Positions 38,359-48,036 are shown, numbered from the stretch's first letter. The stretch is DNA of 64,000 nucleotides from Escherichia coli (GCF_041248615.1 NZ_CP158426.1), one strand, 5' to 3'. Numbers and translations are program-made. Notes: a model not told the origin generated them from the sequence alone.

Positions 38359-39222
38359 TTAGCTTGCGACGGCCATCCCCACGGTCATATGCAAACCATA
38401 GAATACGCCACGACCGATTAATTCCCCTGCCAGAAGCAGAATGAATGATACGGAAAGTAGCGGAACCGCAGGCTGATAACCTTTTAGCTGTGGTGCAATC
38501 CACAAGCACAGGGCAACAGCCAAAAGCACGATCCGCCAGGACATCAGCGCACCATAGTCCGGCACCAGCGCTGCGGCCTGCTGCACAGAACTATGAATAG
38601 TCGCCAGCTCTGCGCCCTGCATCACTGACATCACGCCACTCACTACCAGTGCCAGTACAGAAATGGCTGGCAGCAGACGCATCGCCCAGCCATCGACGCC
38701 AGCCAGACTCAGCAACAGGTAACCCAGTAACGGGCCGCCCATAAACATCGTCAGGAAGAAGCCCATCGGCGTCCAGATGCTGTACCAGGTCGGAACGGTA
38801 TCAATGCTGTTATACACACGCACCATCATCCAGACAAAGATGACGCCAAGAACCATCGTCACTATCAGCCACAGCGTACGCAATGCCGGTGACAGCTTTT
38901 TCAGCATTGCCAGCAACCAGCCGATGCCACCAACAGCAAAAAAGATCGAACCGCTGGCGATTTCGTTACTGAGTGCTGAAGCCCCTACCCGGTTGAGCGA
39001 GTTAAAGGCGCGCATCGGTGAACCAAGATGAAGCATAGAGGCGATAAAGCCAATGCCCATCAGCACCCATAAACCAAACATGCAGGCAATAACACGCTGC
39101 TGGGCTTCTGCTCGCAGGTCGCCTTTGAGCAGCGCCAAAGCCAGAACGATAAAACCACCCGCTACACATTGCCCGAAGACCGTGAAGATCATCAGCGGCC
39201 ATTCATGCCATCCACTTCCCAT
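38359..39222 (-). CDS. dmsC: DMSO reductase membrane anchor subunit
   Basis: ORF 38359-39285; start placed at MGSGWHEWPLMIF, 2 nt after dmsB stop; polytopic membrane protein. Confidence 0.85.
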   Translation of the reverse strand: MGSGWHEWPLMIFTVFGQCVAGGFIVLALALLKGDLRAEAQQRVIACMFGLWVLMGIGFIASMLHLGSPMRAFNSLNRVGASALSNEIASGSIFFAVGGIGWLLAMLKKLSPALRTLWLIVTMVLGVIFVWMMVRVYNSIDTVPTWYSIWTPMGFFLTMFMGGPLLGYLLLSLAGVDGWAMRLLPAISVLALVVSGVMSVMQGAELATIHSSVQQAAALVPDYGALMSWRIVLLAVALCLWIAPQLKGYQPAVPLLSVSFILLLAGELIGRGVFYGLHMTVGMAVAS

Positions 39223-39223
39223 C

Positions 39224-39841
39224 TCACACCTCCTTCGGGTTTGCCAGATAGCCAGTGGTATCCCCGGTCGGGCGGCTGTTGGCATTGGGTTTGATCACAA
39301 TATTCGGTTTGGTAAAGTGAGCTCGCGGCAACGGCGCAACGGCCGCCAGATCGCCATGTTTTTTACGCAGCTCGTCGATAGGGCCGAAATCCAGCGCCCG
39401 CAGCGGGCAAGATTCAACACAGATCGGCTTTTTCCCCTCCGCAACACGGTCATAACAACCATCGCATTTGGTCATATGGCCTTTCGTTTCGTTATATTGC
39501 GGTGCGCCATACGGGCAAGCCATATGGCAGTAGCGGCAGCCAATGCACACATCTTCATCGACTACAACAAAACCATCTTCACGTTTATGCATCGCACCAC
39601 TCGGGCAGACTTTAGTACAAGCCGGATCTTCGCAGTGGTTACATGAAATCGACAGATAGTAGGCAAACACGTTCTGATGCCAGACACCGTTATCTTCCTG
39701 CCAGTCACCGCCAGCATATTCATAAATGCGGCGGAAGCTGACTTCCGGCGTCAGATCTTTATAGTCTTTACAGGCCAGCTCGCAGGTTTTGCAACCGGTG
39801 CAACGGCTGGAATCAATAAAAAATCCATACTGGGTTGTCAT
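39224..39841 (-). CDS. dmsB: DMSO reductase iron-sulfur subunit
   Basis: 205 aa ORF with four Cys clusters of ferredoxin type (CxxCxxCxxxCP). Confidence 0.92.
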   Translation of the reverse strand: MTTQYGFFIDSSRCTGCKTCELACKDYKDLTPEVSFRRIYEYAGGDWQEDNGVWHQNVFAYYLSISCNHCEDPACTKVCPSGAMHKREDGFVVVDEDVCIGCRYCHMACPYGAPQYNETKGHMTKCDGCYDRVAEGKKPICVESCPLRALDFGPIDELRKKHGDLAAVAPLPRAHFTKPNIVIKPNANSRPTGDTTGYLANPKEV

Positions 39842-39851
39842 CGGTTACTCC

Positions 39852-42296
39852 TTACACCTTTTCAACCTGAACAAGGTTTGTATGTGACGGATTCCCCTTA
39901 GCGAGAGGAGACGGACGTTGAGTGGTCAGTACGTTGATACAACCGCCCTTATCGACACGTTTTGCATCCGGGTCATACCAGGCACCTTCACCCAGTGCGA
40001 CCACACCCGGCATCATTCGTGGCGTCACTTTCGCCTCAATATGAACCTCACCACGATCGTTAAAGATCCTGACTTTATCGCCGTTGTTGATACCGCGTTT
40101 TTGTGCATCAAGCGGGTTGATCCACATTTCCTGACGGCAAGCTGCTTTCAGCACATCAACGTTGCCGTAAGTTGAGTGAACGCGAGATTTGTAGTGGAAG
40201 CCAGTAAGCTGCAGCGGATATTGTTTGTTCAGCGGATCCTGATAACTTTCAAAGCCCGGCGTATAGATCGGCAGTGGATCGATCACATCGCCTTCTGGCA
40301 ATTCCCAGGTCGCGGCAATGTCAGCCAGCGCCTGCGAATAAATCTCAATTTTACCCGATGGCGTGGTCAGTGGATTTGCCTGAGGATCTTCACGGAAAGC
40401 TTTATAAGCAACGTGGTGCCCTTGTGGGTCGCGCTTTTTAAAGATCCCCTGCTTGCGGAACTCTTCAAACGTTGGCAGTTCAGGAATCGCTTCCCGCGAC
40501 TGGGCATACAGATGCCGCATCCACTCTTCCTGTGTACGGCCTTCAGTAAACTGTTGCTCAACGCCAAGACGTTTTGCCAGTTCGCTGGTCATTTCATAGA
40601 TGGTCTTACATTCAAAGCGCGGTTTAATCACCTGATCGTTGAAAATCACGTAAGACATATTCCCGCAGGATGCATCCAGTGCAAAGTCCATCTGTTCGGA
40701 AGCGGTGCAGTCAGGCAGCAGGATGTCAGCATATTTCGCTGATGAGGTCATGTGGCAGTCGATAACCACAATCAGCTCGCACTTCTTATCATCCTGAAGG
40801 ATTTCATGGGTACGGTTGATTTCAGAATGCTGGTTAATCAGGCAGTTACCGGCATAGTTCCAGATCATTTTGATCGGCACATCCAGCTTATCTTTCCCGC
40901 GCACACCATCACGCAGCGCTGTCATTTCCGGGCCACGTTCAATGGCATCGGTCCACATAAACATCGAAATGCTGGTCTGGATCGGGTTTTCGAGGGTCGG
41001 CATACGGACAAACGGTAAGCTGTATGAACCTTCACGCGCGCCGCTGTTCCCCCCGTTAATACCAACGTTACCGGTCAGAATCGCCAGCATCGAGATAGCA
41101 CGGGTTGCGATTTCACCGTTAGCGTGACGCTGCGGGCCCCATCCCTGGCTGATAAACGCCGGTTTGGTACTGCCGATTTCACGAGCCAGTTTGATGATTT
41201 TGTCTGCCGGAACACCGGTGATTTGCGAGGCCCATTCCGGCGTTTTAGCCACGCCATCTGGCCCTTCACCCAGAATATAAGCTTTATAGTGACCATTTTT
41301 CGGCGCACTGGCTGGCAGTGTTTTCTCGTCGTAGCCAACGCAATATTTATCGAGGAATGCCTGATCCACCAGGTTTTCGGTGATCATGACATACGCCAGA
41401 CCGTTAACCAGTGCGGCATCTGTTCCCGGACGAATGGGGATCCACTCATCTTCGCGCCCGGCTCCGGTGTCGGTATAGCGCGGATCGATGATGATCATGC
41501 GAGCATTAGATTTCTGACGCGCCTGTTCAAGATAGTAAGTCACCCCACCGCCACTCATTCGCGTTTCGCCAGGGTTATTACCAAACAGCACTACCAGTTT
41601 ACTGTTTTCGATATCCGACGGGCTGTTACCATCTGCCCAGCCGCCGTAGGTATAGTTCAAACCTTCCGCAATTTGCGCGGAAGAGTAGTCACCGTAATGG
41701 TTCAGATAACCGCCGCAGCAGTTCATCAGGCGAGCGACCAGGGTATTTCCCGGCGGCCAGGAGCGGGTCATGGTGCCGCCCAGCGTACCGGTGCCATAGT
41801 TCAGATAGATAGACTCGTTGCCGTACTCTTTGATCAGGCGCTGCATATTGGTCGCGATGATGTCGTAGGCTTCTTCCCAGCTAATGCGCTCGAATTTGCC
41901 TTCACCGCGCGCCCCGACTCGTTTCATCGGATATTTCAGGCGGTCCGGATTGTAGACACGGCGACGCATGGAACGCCCACGCAGACAGGCGCGCACCTGG
42001 TGCAGGCCGTCATAGTTGTCATCGCCGGTATTATCCGTTTCAACATATTTAATTTCACCGTCCACAACGTGCATACGTAGCGGGCAGCGACTACCACAGT
42101 TAACTGTACAGGCGCTCCAGATAACCTTTTCGTCTGATTTTGTTGGAATGGCGCTATCGACAGCGTGCGCAATCCGACTAAAAGGTAATGTTAATGCGCT
42201 GCTGGCCATTGCCAGGCCGCCGATCGCTGTCGTTTTTACCAAACCACGGCGACTCACCTCAGCAGCCAATACCGCATCAGGGATTTTCGTTTTCAT
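39852..42296 (-). CDS. dmsA: DMSO reductase molybdopterin catalytic subunit with Tat signal
   Basis: 814 aa ORF with twin-arginine leader SRRGLVKTTAIGGLAMASSALTLPFS; dmsABC arrangement. Confidence 0.92.
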   Translation of the reverse strand: MKTKIPDAVLAAEVSRRGLVKTTAIGGLAMASSALTLPFSRIAHAVDSAIPTKSDEKVIWSACTVNCGSRCPLRMHVVDGEIKYVETDNTGDDNYDGLHQVRACLRGRSMRRRVYNPDRLKYPMKRVGARGEGKFERISWEEAYDIIATNMQRLIKEYGNESIYLNYGTGTLGGTMTRSWPPGNTLVARLMNCCGGYLNHYGDYSSAQIAEGLNYTYGGWADGNSPSDIENSKLVVLFGNNPGETRMSGGGVTYYLEQARQKSNARMIIIDPRYTDTGAGREDEWIPIRPGTDAALVNGLAYVMITENLVDQAFLDKYCVGYDEKTLPASAPKNGHYKAYILGEGPDGVAKTPEWASQITGVPADKIIKLAREIGSTKPAFISQGWGPQRHANGEIATRAISMLAILTGNVGINGGNSGAREGSYSLPFVRMPTLENPIQTSISMFMWTDAIERGPEMTALRDGVRGKDKLDVPIKMIWNYAGNCLINQHSEINRTHEILQDDKKCELIVVIDCHMTSSAKYADILLPDCTASEQMDFALDASCGNMSYVIFNDQVIKPRFECKTIYEMTSELAKRLGVEQQFTEGRTQEEWMRHLYAQSREAIPELPTFEEFRKQGIFKKRDPQGHHVAYKAFREDPQANPLTTPSGKIEIYSQALADIAATWELPEGDVIDPLPIYTPGFESYQDPLNKQYPLQLTGFHYKSRVHSTYGNVDVLKAACRQEMWINPLDAQKRGINNGDKVRIFNDRGEVHIEAKVTPRMMPGVVALGEGAWYDPDAKRVDKGGCINVLTTQRPSPLAKGNPSHTNLVQVEKV

Positions 42297-42466
42297 AATG
42301 GCTCACTCAAGCTTGCTCACGATTGATTCCAGTAACAAACCGTATTGTGTAATTATTTCTATAGCAGTTCGCTATATAGGCTTGTATACATCGAATAATT
42401 TGAAAATCAAAGAGATAGGTAGATTTTCACTCGAAAGTAGTATTACGTGTAAGTGAGGAGTAATTA

Positions 42467-42480
42467 TTGTTCGGTATCAA
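42467..42480. promoter_or_regulatory. candidate FNR-box-like dyad upstream of dmsA
   Basis: TTGTTcggtATCAA matches TTGAT-N4-ATCAA with one mismatch; position relative to the true dmsA transcription start not verified. Confidence 0.3.
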
Positions 42481-42592
42481 AGGGAGACAAAAAAAGCGCC
42501 CGCAGGAGATTTAACGGTACTTACTCCTCTTGCTGATTTCCTTATTTTTCAATAAGTAAACAAAAACAAGGGGAGCAAATTATCACAAATAA

Positions 42593-43597
42593 TTACTGGT
42601 CGATGGACAGTTTATGGACACTTTCAGCCAGCGGATTAAAGCTGATCGCATCCTGTAAAAAGTCCGGTGAAAAATGCGCATACGTCATCGTTTGCTGAAT
42701 CGTGGCGTGACCCAGGATCCTCTGCAACGTGACGATGTTCCCGCCGTTCATCATGAAATGCGTGGCGAACGTGTGCCGCATGACATGCGTGGCCTGCCCT
42801 TTGGGTAAGTCGGGCTTCACCTCCTGAAGGATCTCCCTGAAACTGAGATAATCAACCTGATATAACAGGCCGGTCCGGCGGGTTTTAATTAACGGCACAA
42901 CGGAATCAGCTACAGGAACCGAGCGCGATTTCCCGTTCTTTGTGTTAAAGAACGTCACCCTGTTACCCACGATGTGTTCCCCGCGAAGCGTTGACGCCTC
43001 TTTCCATCTGGCCCCGGTCGAAAGGCACAGAATGGCAATGCGTCGTGCATCACCCTCAAGCCGTTTCAGAAGGCGATCAATCTCGTCATCTGAAAGAAAG
43101 GCCATTTCTGTATTCTGAACCTTGAGTTTACGTATTCCGCGCACAGGGTTTTCGTTATGATAAACCTCCGCGTCAATTAACAACGAAAACATCGCAGATA
43201 AGGCGCACAGGTCGCGATTGATACTGGACGGCATCAGTCCCGCCTGCAACTTATCCGAGCGATACTCAATCACGAATTTTCGTGTCATCTGGCTGGCGCG
43301 CGGGTCCCCCATTTCACGTATCACCTTCTCCAGTCTGGTTCTGTAGGTATCACCATATGCCTGATTACGACCATCAAGCATCCACCACACCTCAATCAGT
43401 TCTGATAACCGCCGTTGATCGGCGGGCCTTGCCTGCCACGGGTTATTGTGGAAATTCTGAAGAACGTATCTTTCGAATTCCTGCGCCTTTGATTTCAGGG
43501 TGAAAATCTTACGAATCCGCCTTCCTCCCGCCCCCTGAGGCCTTACATCAACCTGATAACGTCCGTCTTTGAGTTGCTTAATCGACATGATCAGCAC
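42593..43597 (-). CDS. int: tyrosine-type phage integrase (P2 Int-like)
   Basis: 334 aa ORF; C-terminal HxxR...Y catalytic motifs (VMRHTFATHF, LGHATIQQTMTYAHF); N-terminus IKQLKDGRYQVDVRP resembles P2 Int; adjacent to host junction. Confidence 0.85.
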   Translation of the reverse strand: MLIMSIKQLKDGRYQVDVRPQGAGGRRIRKIFTLKSKAQEFERYVLQNFHNNPWQARPADQRRLSELIEVWWMLDGRNQAYGDTYRTRLEKVIREMGDPRASQMTRKFVIEYRSDKLQAGLMPSSINRDLCALSAMFSLLIDAEVYHNENPVRGIRKLKVQNTEMAFLSDDEIDRLLKRLEGDARRIAILCLSTGARWKEASTLRGEHIVGNRVTFFNTKNGKSRSVPVADSVVPLIKTRRTGLLYQVDYLSFREILQEVKPDLPKGQATHVMRHTFATHFMMNGGNIVTLQRILGHATIQQTMTYAHFSPDFLQDAISFNPLAESVHKLSIDQ

Positions 43598-43657
43598 CTC
43601 CGACGGATAAACCTGTTAACCCCTGCTTACTGAACGCCGCCCGTTCAATATACAGCG

Positions 43658-43999
43658 TCAGCCAGCATTGCGGCCTGATTGGGGTGATTTTTGGGTATTG
43701 CGGGTTGAAACCTGATCGTCCTCCGACTGCGTGGAGCCATCAAGAGAGAGAGCCGGGGCGATCTGACCGGCAACAGGTAGCGTCTTATCTTTGATTAGCC
43801 AGAACATATATTTTTCAAACCGATCCACTTGAAGGACGGCCTCAACAATCTTTGCTCTGGCGATCTTTTGCCCTGACTCATAATTCCTGACAGTTGCCAG
43901 AGATAACCCTGTAATATCAGCAAATTGCTTTTGAGTTAGCCCTTCCGTCTTGCGTATCAAACGCAACTTTTTCGCATAGTCTATTGACAAGATACTCAT
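43658..43999 (-). CDS. phage immunity repressor, P2 C-like (HTH)
   Basis: 113 aa ORF with HTH (LTQKQFADITGLSLATVRNYESG) and C-terminal QIAPALSLDG...SPQSGRNAG resembling P2 C repressor; divergent from cox-like gene. Confidence 0.75.
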   Translation of the reverse strand: MSILSIDYAKKLRLIRKTEGLTQKQFADITGLSLATVRNYESGQKIARAKIVEAVLQVDRFEKYMFWLIKDKTLPVAGQIAPALSLDGSTQSEDDQVSTRNTQKSPQSGRNAG

Positions 44000-44022
44000 T
44001 TGGGGATTAATCTCCTACAAAA

Positions 44023-44067
44023 GATAACCGTACGATTATCTTTACAAGTCATCAAAAATCATCAAAA
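44023..44067. promoter_or_regulatory. candidate early promoter/operator region
   Basis: Near-perfect 22-bp palindrome AAGATAACCGTACGATTATCTT followed by tandem direct repeats TCATCAAAA/ATCATCAAAA in the C/cox-like intergenic region. Confidence 0.4.
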
Positions 44068-44102
44068 GGCGCAACAAGCGCACCAATGCAAGAGGATAAC
44101 AA

Positions 44103-44624
44103 ATGCGGGAGATTATTGCCGACAAAGAGTTATCTGGCGCTCAACCGGTTCAGGATGATGGCGCGGACAATGAATTCATTGAAGCTGCCAACGACAACGA
44201 ACACCTGGAAACCAAAACCAGACCGTCCTACAAAAAGGGCGCAACCCTACGACTGGACGGCCCAGTCGCAGGACTTGTGTCACTGGAAAAAGGGGCTGCC
44301 TATCTGGGGGTAACAAAATCTGCGCTACGCGCCGCCATTCAGCGCGGGCAGATGCCGGGTCACAAAACGCGCTCAAATCCCGAAGATGAAAAGTCAGACG
44401 GTACATGGTGGTTTAACGCCAAAGCCTGGGACGAACTAGCCGACGAACTACTGGAGTGCGAACCGCCAGAGTGGCACAACTGGAAAAGCTACTGGACGTA
44501 CGACCGCAAGAAAAGAAAGTTTTCACCGGCAAACAAGGAGGACTGCCAGACCGTTAAAGGTAAGCAGGTTTACTCCCCCAGAGTTTCAAAACTGGAGCAA
44601 CTCAAAAACAACCAGCCCGGCTAA
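44103..44624 (+). CDS. cox-position early gene, HTH-containing (excisionase/regulator-like), 173 aa
   Basis: First rightward ORF after repressor, RBS gagga upstream; contains AAYLGVTKSALRAAIQRGQMPG HTH-like segment; much longer than P2 Cox. Confidence 0.5.
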   Translation: MREIIADKELSGAQPVQDDGADNEFIEAANDNEHLETKTRPSYKKGATLRLDGPVAGLVSLEKGAAYLGVTKSALRAAIQRGQMPGHKTRSNPEDEKSDGTWWFNAKAWDELADELLECEPPEWHNWKSYWTYDRKKRKFSPANKEDCQTVKGKQVYSPRVSKLEQLKNNQPG

Positions 44625-44632
44625 ACACGAAA

Positions 44633-44839
44633 ATGACCAGCAATATCATCAATGCCGTTTTGAACATTATATTCCTGGAATTAGGCGTAGTAGTGATTTA
44701 TCTGCTTGGCAAGCTAACAGGACAAAAAGAACGTTTTATTGTCCTCAACGTTCATTACGTCGCAGCTTATTCTAAAGGGCTTTTTCCAATAGTTGTTGGC
44801 GCGGGACTTACAGCGTTTGTCATCTGGCTCATCAGGTAG
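44633..44839 (+). CDS. hypothetical small membrane protein (68 aa)
   Basis: ORF with two hydrophobic segments directly after cox-like gene. Confidence 0.3.
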   Translation: MTSNIINAVLNIIFLELGVVVIYLLGKLTGQKERFIVLNVHYVAAYSKGLFPIVVGAGLTAFVIWLIR

Positions 44840-45121
44840 AGGCACACAACGTAATCATTCGTAGCTATATTTCCGCAATAGTATTCAAGTAAAGGAAGAC
44901 AACAACATGAAACCAAGACAAAGATTAACCTCCAGAAGTAGTGACGCATTGCACTTTAAAGCAAAAGACATAATAGCCACAACAAAGGTAGGAGCATAAG
45001 TCTATATACACTTTCAGAATTTCTATCTGGAGAGAACATTAAAAACGGAAGAGGAAGCCAATGAGTATTTGTTATTCATGAAAGATTGCATAGAAGGAAA
45101 AATAAGCGCAGGAGATAAATA

Positions 45122-45430
45122 ATGCGAAAACATTATTCACAGCCACATTTCCGCAACAGTGCACCACGCAGCAATAACCGCTGGAGCCTGCGCGAAACAC
45201 ACGCAACGCCGGGCGGTCATGCTGTAAAACAGACTGGTCAACACACCTGGCTGATTGAGCAGGCCGGACTCGTGATCCACAGATGCCACCGCAATCCGTT
45301 TACCGGAAACCGCATTTTTGCACTGAGCAGCGGCGACAATCAGTTCGGACAGGATTTCACACTGCACGAAGCCTTGCGAACTGCCGACCGCTTAATCGAG
45401 GGGCGCAGCTTTCAGCATACCGACTACTAA
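45122..45430 (+). CDS. hypothetical protein (102 aa)
   Basis: ORF preceded by AT-rich spacer and RBS-like ggagataaataATG. Confidence 0.4.
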   Translation: MRKHYSQPHFRNSAPRSNNRWSLRETHATPGGHAVKQTGQHTWLIEQAGLVIHRCHRNPFTGNRIFALSSGDNQFGQDFTLHEALRTADRLIEGRSFQHTDY

Positions 45431-45468
45431 GGCAAAAGGAGTCTTAATAAGACAGAAGAGGCAGCAAG

Positions 45469-45711
45469 ATGAAAAGAGCCTATAAAGAACTCATTAACGA
45501 CGCGCTTCAGAATTACCATTACGGACTTACAAGCCGTGGCACTAACGGTGACGCTGTTTCACTTGCAGCACTGACTACAGCAATCAAGGGCCTGACCTGT
45601 TGCGCCTTTGGTTCCGGAGATAATGAAGCTCTGACGGAATTACAGGCCATTAATAAAGACCTGTCTGAAGGAAACGTAATAACCCCCTTTGTAATTCAGG
45701 AGGAAGCATGA
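45469..45711 (+). CDS. hypothetical protein (80 aa)
   Basis: ORF with RBS-like aggcagcaagATG; co-directional with early operon. Confidence 0.4.
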   Translation: MKRAYKELINDALQNYHYGLTSRGTNGDAVSLAALTTAIKGLTCCAFGSGDNEALTELQAINKDLSEGNVITPFVIQEEA

Positions 45712-45833
45712 GCGTATTTATGTCATGGTTAATTCTTATCCTTGCCATTATTTGCGCTGTGGGGATTATGCGGGTAATTAACAGCATTAACACCATTGAA
45801 TCGTTATTTACTGGCGATAAGCGCCGTAAATAA
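45708..45833 (+). CDS. hypothetical small hydrophobic peptide (41 aa)
   Basis: ATGA-overlap coupling to preceding ORF; MSVFMSWLILILAIICAVGIM single TM segment; below ORF-table size cutoff. Confidence 0.3.
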   Translation: MSVFMSWLILILAIICAVGIMRVINSINTIESLFTGDKRRK

Positions 45834-45913
45834 ACAGGCGTTTAACACCAGAAACAACCAGAAACATCCGCTCACGCGGAGGGGTTGACCCGCTCAAAAA
45901 GGAGAAATCAGGA

Positions 45914-46207
45914 ATGCTTAATAATAAAAAAAACCGAATCATTGATAACAGTGAACAGGTCAACAAAATAATCGAAGGCACAAACAAATTAATTAAGAAA
46001 AAAAACAAACTAAGCCGTGAATTAATGGAACATCCGGAAGAAATATTATTAGCCATGATGCACCAGACAGAAGCGATAGCCATCGCCCTTGCCGTGCAGG
46101 CGCTTTCTGAGTTCCGGGAAGAAAACATCAGGCTGGCTCAGGAGCTGAAAAACCTCAGACGTCAGCTTCAGAGCACTGAGGCTGGCACGTCATCACGAAT
46201 ACACTGA
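45914..46207 (+). CDS. hypothetical coiled-coil protein (97 aa)
   Basis: ORF with RBS aaaggagaaatcaggaATG; AT-rich, K/E-rich sequence. Confidence 0.4.
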   Translation: MLNNKKNRIIDNSEQVNKIIEGTNKLIKKKNKLSRELMEHPEEILLAMMHQTEAIAIALAVQALSEFREENIRLAQELKNLRRQLQSTEAGTSSRIH

Positions 46208-46217
46208 GGGCCACACC

Positions 46218-46427
46218 ATGACTGCAATTCTGAGAAGACGCAATAAAACGCTTTTTACCGATACATCCGGGATGGAATACGAAGTGGAAAGCAGTGTCAT
46301 CGCCACCACCACCCGATGCCCGGCAGGTGACGAACTGATTTACGTCCACCTGACGGACGGGTCACAGATAACCGTCCTGACAGAGTCATGGCGCGAACTC
46401 GAGATAATAAGCGAGGTAAGAACATGA
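46218..46427 (+). CDS. hypothetical protein (69 aa)
   Basis: ORF closely following previous, co-directional. Confidence 0.4.
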   Translation: MTAILRRRNKTLFTDTSGMEYEVESSVIATTTRCPAGDELIYVHLTDGSQITVLTESWRELEIISEVRT

Positions 46428-46636
46428 GCAGCAAACACGATACCAACGCACGCAGACCAGGCAAAGAGGCGCGTCACCATATCGCCGTAATGCGCAACCT
46501 GCTTATGAGTGAAATCGACGATTTTGTGGCAGGCCTGGGGCAACCGGGCGAACCAGCAACACCAGGCCAGATACACAGGGAATTACGCCGCCGCGTGGAA
46601 AACGTCGTGGATTACGTCATAAACCCGAACGACTGA
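46424..46636 (+). CDS. hypothetical protein (70 aa)
   Basis: ATGA-overlap coupled to preceding ORF (start MSSKHDTN). Confidence 0.4.
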   Translation: MSSKHDTNARRPGKEARHHIAVMRNLLMSEIDDFVAGLGQPGEPATPGQIHRELRRRVENVVDYVINPND

Positions 46637-46675
46637 CGGGAACATGGCGAGCGTCAGATGACACACGCAGGGCAC

Positions 46676-47158
46676 TTATCGGGAAAAACCGATCGTAATG
46701 GCAGCCATCATCTTTTCAGCGAAAGAGAGAGATTCACGATGACTGATATTCAGAGACATACAGGCTTTGTTGTACGCCACATTTTCCATGCATTCCAGGA
46801 CAGGAGAGTCATGCATCTCAAGCTCTGGAAGGCGTGCCAGCAGAGCTTCCGTACTGAGGAGGGCGCTTTTGGTAATCAACTCATTGTAGCGATGGGCATG
46901 CTCACTCGCCGCCTGCGCACGTTGCCCGAAACGACATATGAAATTACAGGCTCCGAGAACCACCACCACTGCCCCAAGCACCCAGCCGAAATGCCAGCCG
47001 GCTACGATGAACGCACCCGCCGCAAGGATCAAAATGTTGATGATCGCATCAAGGCGACGATTGAATACCGCCGCGATGCGCTCCAGCCAGTAGCTGTACC
47101 AGAGACGGAACATGACCTCATCCCGTTCTCTCGATTTTTTACGTTGGTTGTTTTGCAT
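46676..47158 (-). CDS. hypothetical membrane protein, opposite orientation within early region (160 aa)
   Basis: ORF with basic N-terminus and long hydrophobic segment AIINILILAAGAFIVAGWHFGWVLGAVVVVLGACNFI; RBS-like gaggga upstream; the overlapping plus-strand ORF 46658-47293 is His-rich and judged a shadow. Confidence 0.45.
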   Translation of the reverse strand: MQNNQRKKSRERDEVMFRLWYSYWLERIAAVFNRRLDAIINILILAAGAFIVAGWHFGWVLGAVVVVLGACNFICRFGQRAQAASEHAHRYNELITKSALLSTEALLARLPELEMHDSPVLECMENVAYNKACMSLNISHRESLSFAEKMMAAITIGFSR

Positions 47159-47392
47159 GGTGTTTTATCCCTCATCGTCATCGCTCTGCCCCTAATCAGC
47201 GCAGAGTGCAGGGTAACCTGGCTCGTGGAATTTTTGCAGCCAGACATCTTTACCCCCGGGCGTGTTGAACAAAGTGTCCGCCAGATCCACTGAACGGCGG
47301 ATTCATCAATGCTAACACGCCCTTCTTTTCCGGTTGAAGGCGAAAAAACCGGACCATTACCCCGACACAAAACAGAACAACGGAGAACAACT

Positions 47393-47947
47393 ATGCCCGC
47401 ACTTAAACCTATGGGTGTATCAGGTGTACCACCGAAGCATGTCAGAGCCTGGACACAACAGGAAGATGCTCTACTGGTCGGTTTATACCCCTCCCACACC
47501 GTACCAGAACTGACAAAACACTTTCAGAGAACCGGGCCAGCAATACGAAGCCGCATCCGTCTTTTGCTCTCTCAGGGGGTTATCCACACCAAACAACCCC
47601 CCCTGAATACAAAAGAACTCAACACGCTCATCAGGAATCGCCACACAAAAACCATCCGGGAACTCGCGAATGAACTGGGGCGCTCGACATCCACGGTGGG
47701 ACTGAACCTGAGAAAAAGAGGGTACCGGTTCAGGAAATACGGGGAACTCCACCACAGAGCCAGATACAGCGATCACCTGGTGGAGTTGGTAACTGAACTG
47801 CGCGATGAACAGGGGATGACATTCAGCGAAATCAGAAAGTACATCCGGGACATGGCCGGGATATCCCTTAAAAGATGGGTCCTCGCCCGGCTTTACGCAC
47901 GATATACCGCCGCTGACACCGTGCTTTGCGAACTGCTACCGGACTGA
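47393..47947 (+). CDS. hypothetical protein, possible DNA-binding (184 aa)
   Basis: ORF 47309-47947; start placed at MPALKPMG with RBS ggag upstream; basic, helix-rich segments. Confidence 0.4.
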   Translation: MPALKPMGVSGVPPKHVRAWTQQEDALLVGLYPSHTVPELTKHFQRTGPAIRSRIRLLLSQGVIHTKQPPLNTKELNTLIRNRHTKTIRELANELGRSTSTVGLNLRKRGYRFRKYGELHHRARYSDHLVELVTELRDEQGMTFSEIRKYIRDMAGISLKRWVLARLYARYTAADTVLCELLPD

Positions 47948-48036
47948 GTAACCACTATGCACACACAAAAAAACCGCTTGCCATGCCGCAATCAGTCAGG
48001 TTACATTTCCGCTGCACCTCATAAAACGGGTGCCGG

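Noticed and set aside
41124-42080. 318-aa plus-strand ORF inside dmsA
   Set aside because: Antisense to the conserved molybdoenzyme gene; no RBS and no recognisable domain.
46658-47499. Plus-strand 211-aa ORF (46658-47293) and minus-strand 156-aa ORF (47029-47499) overlapping the membrane-protein gene and the 47393 gene
   Set aside because: They overlap more plausible genes in other frames; the 211-aa translation is His/Arg-rich, the mirror image of a TM-coding strand; no convincing RBS.
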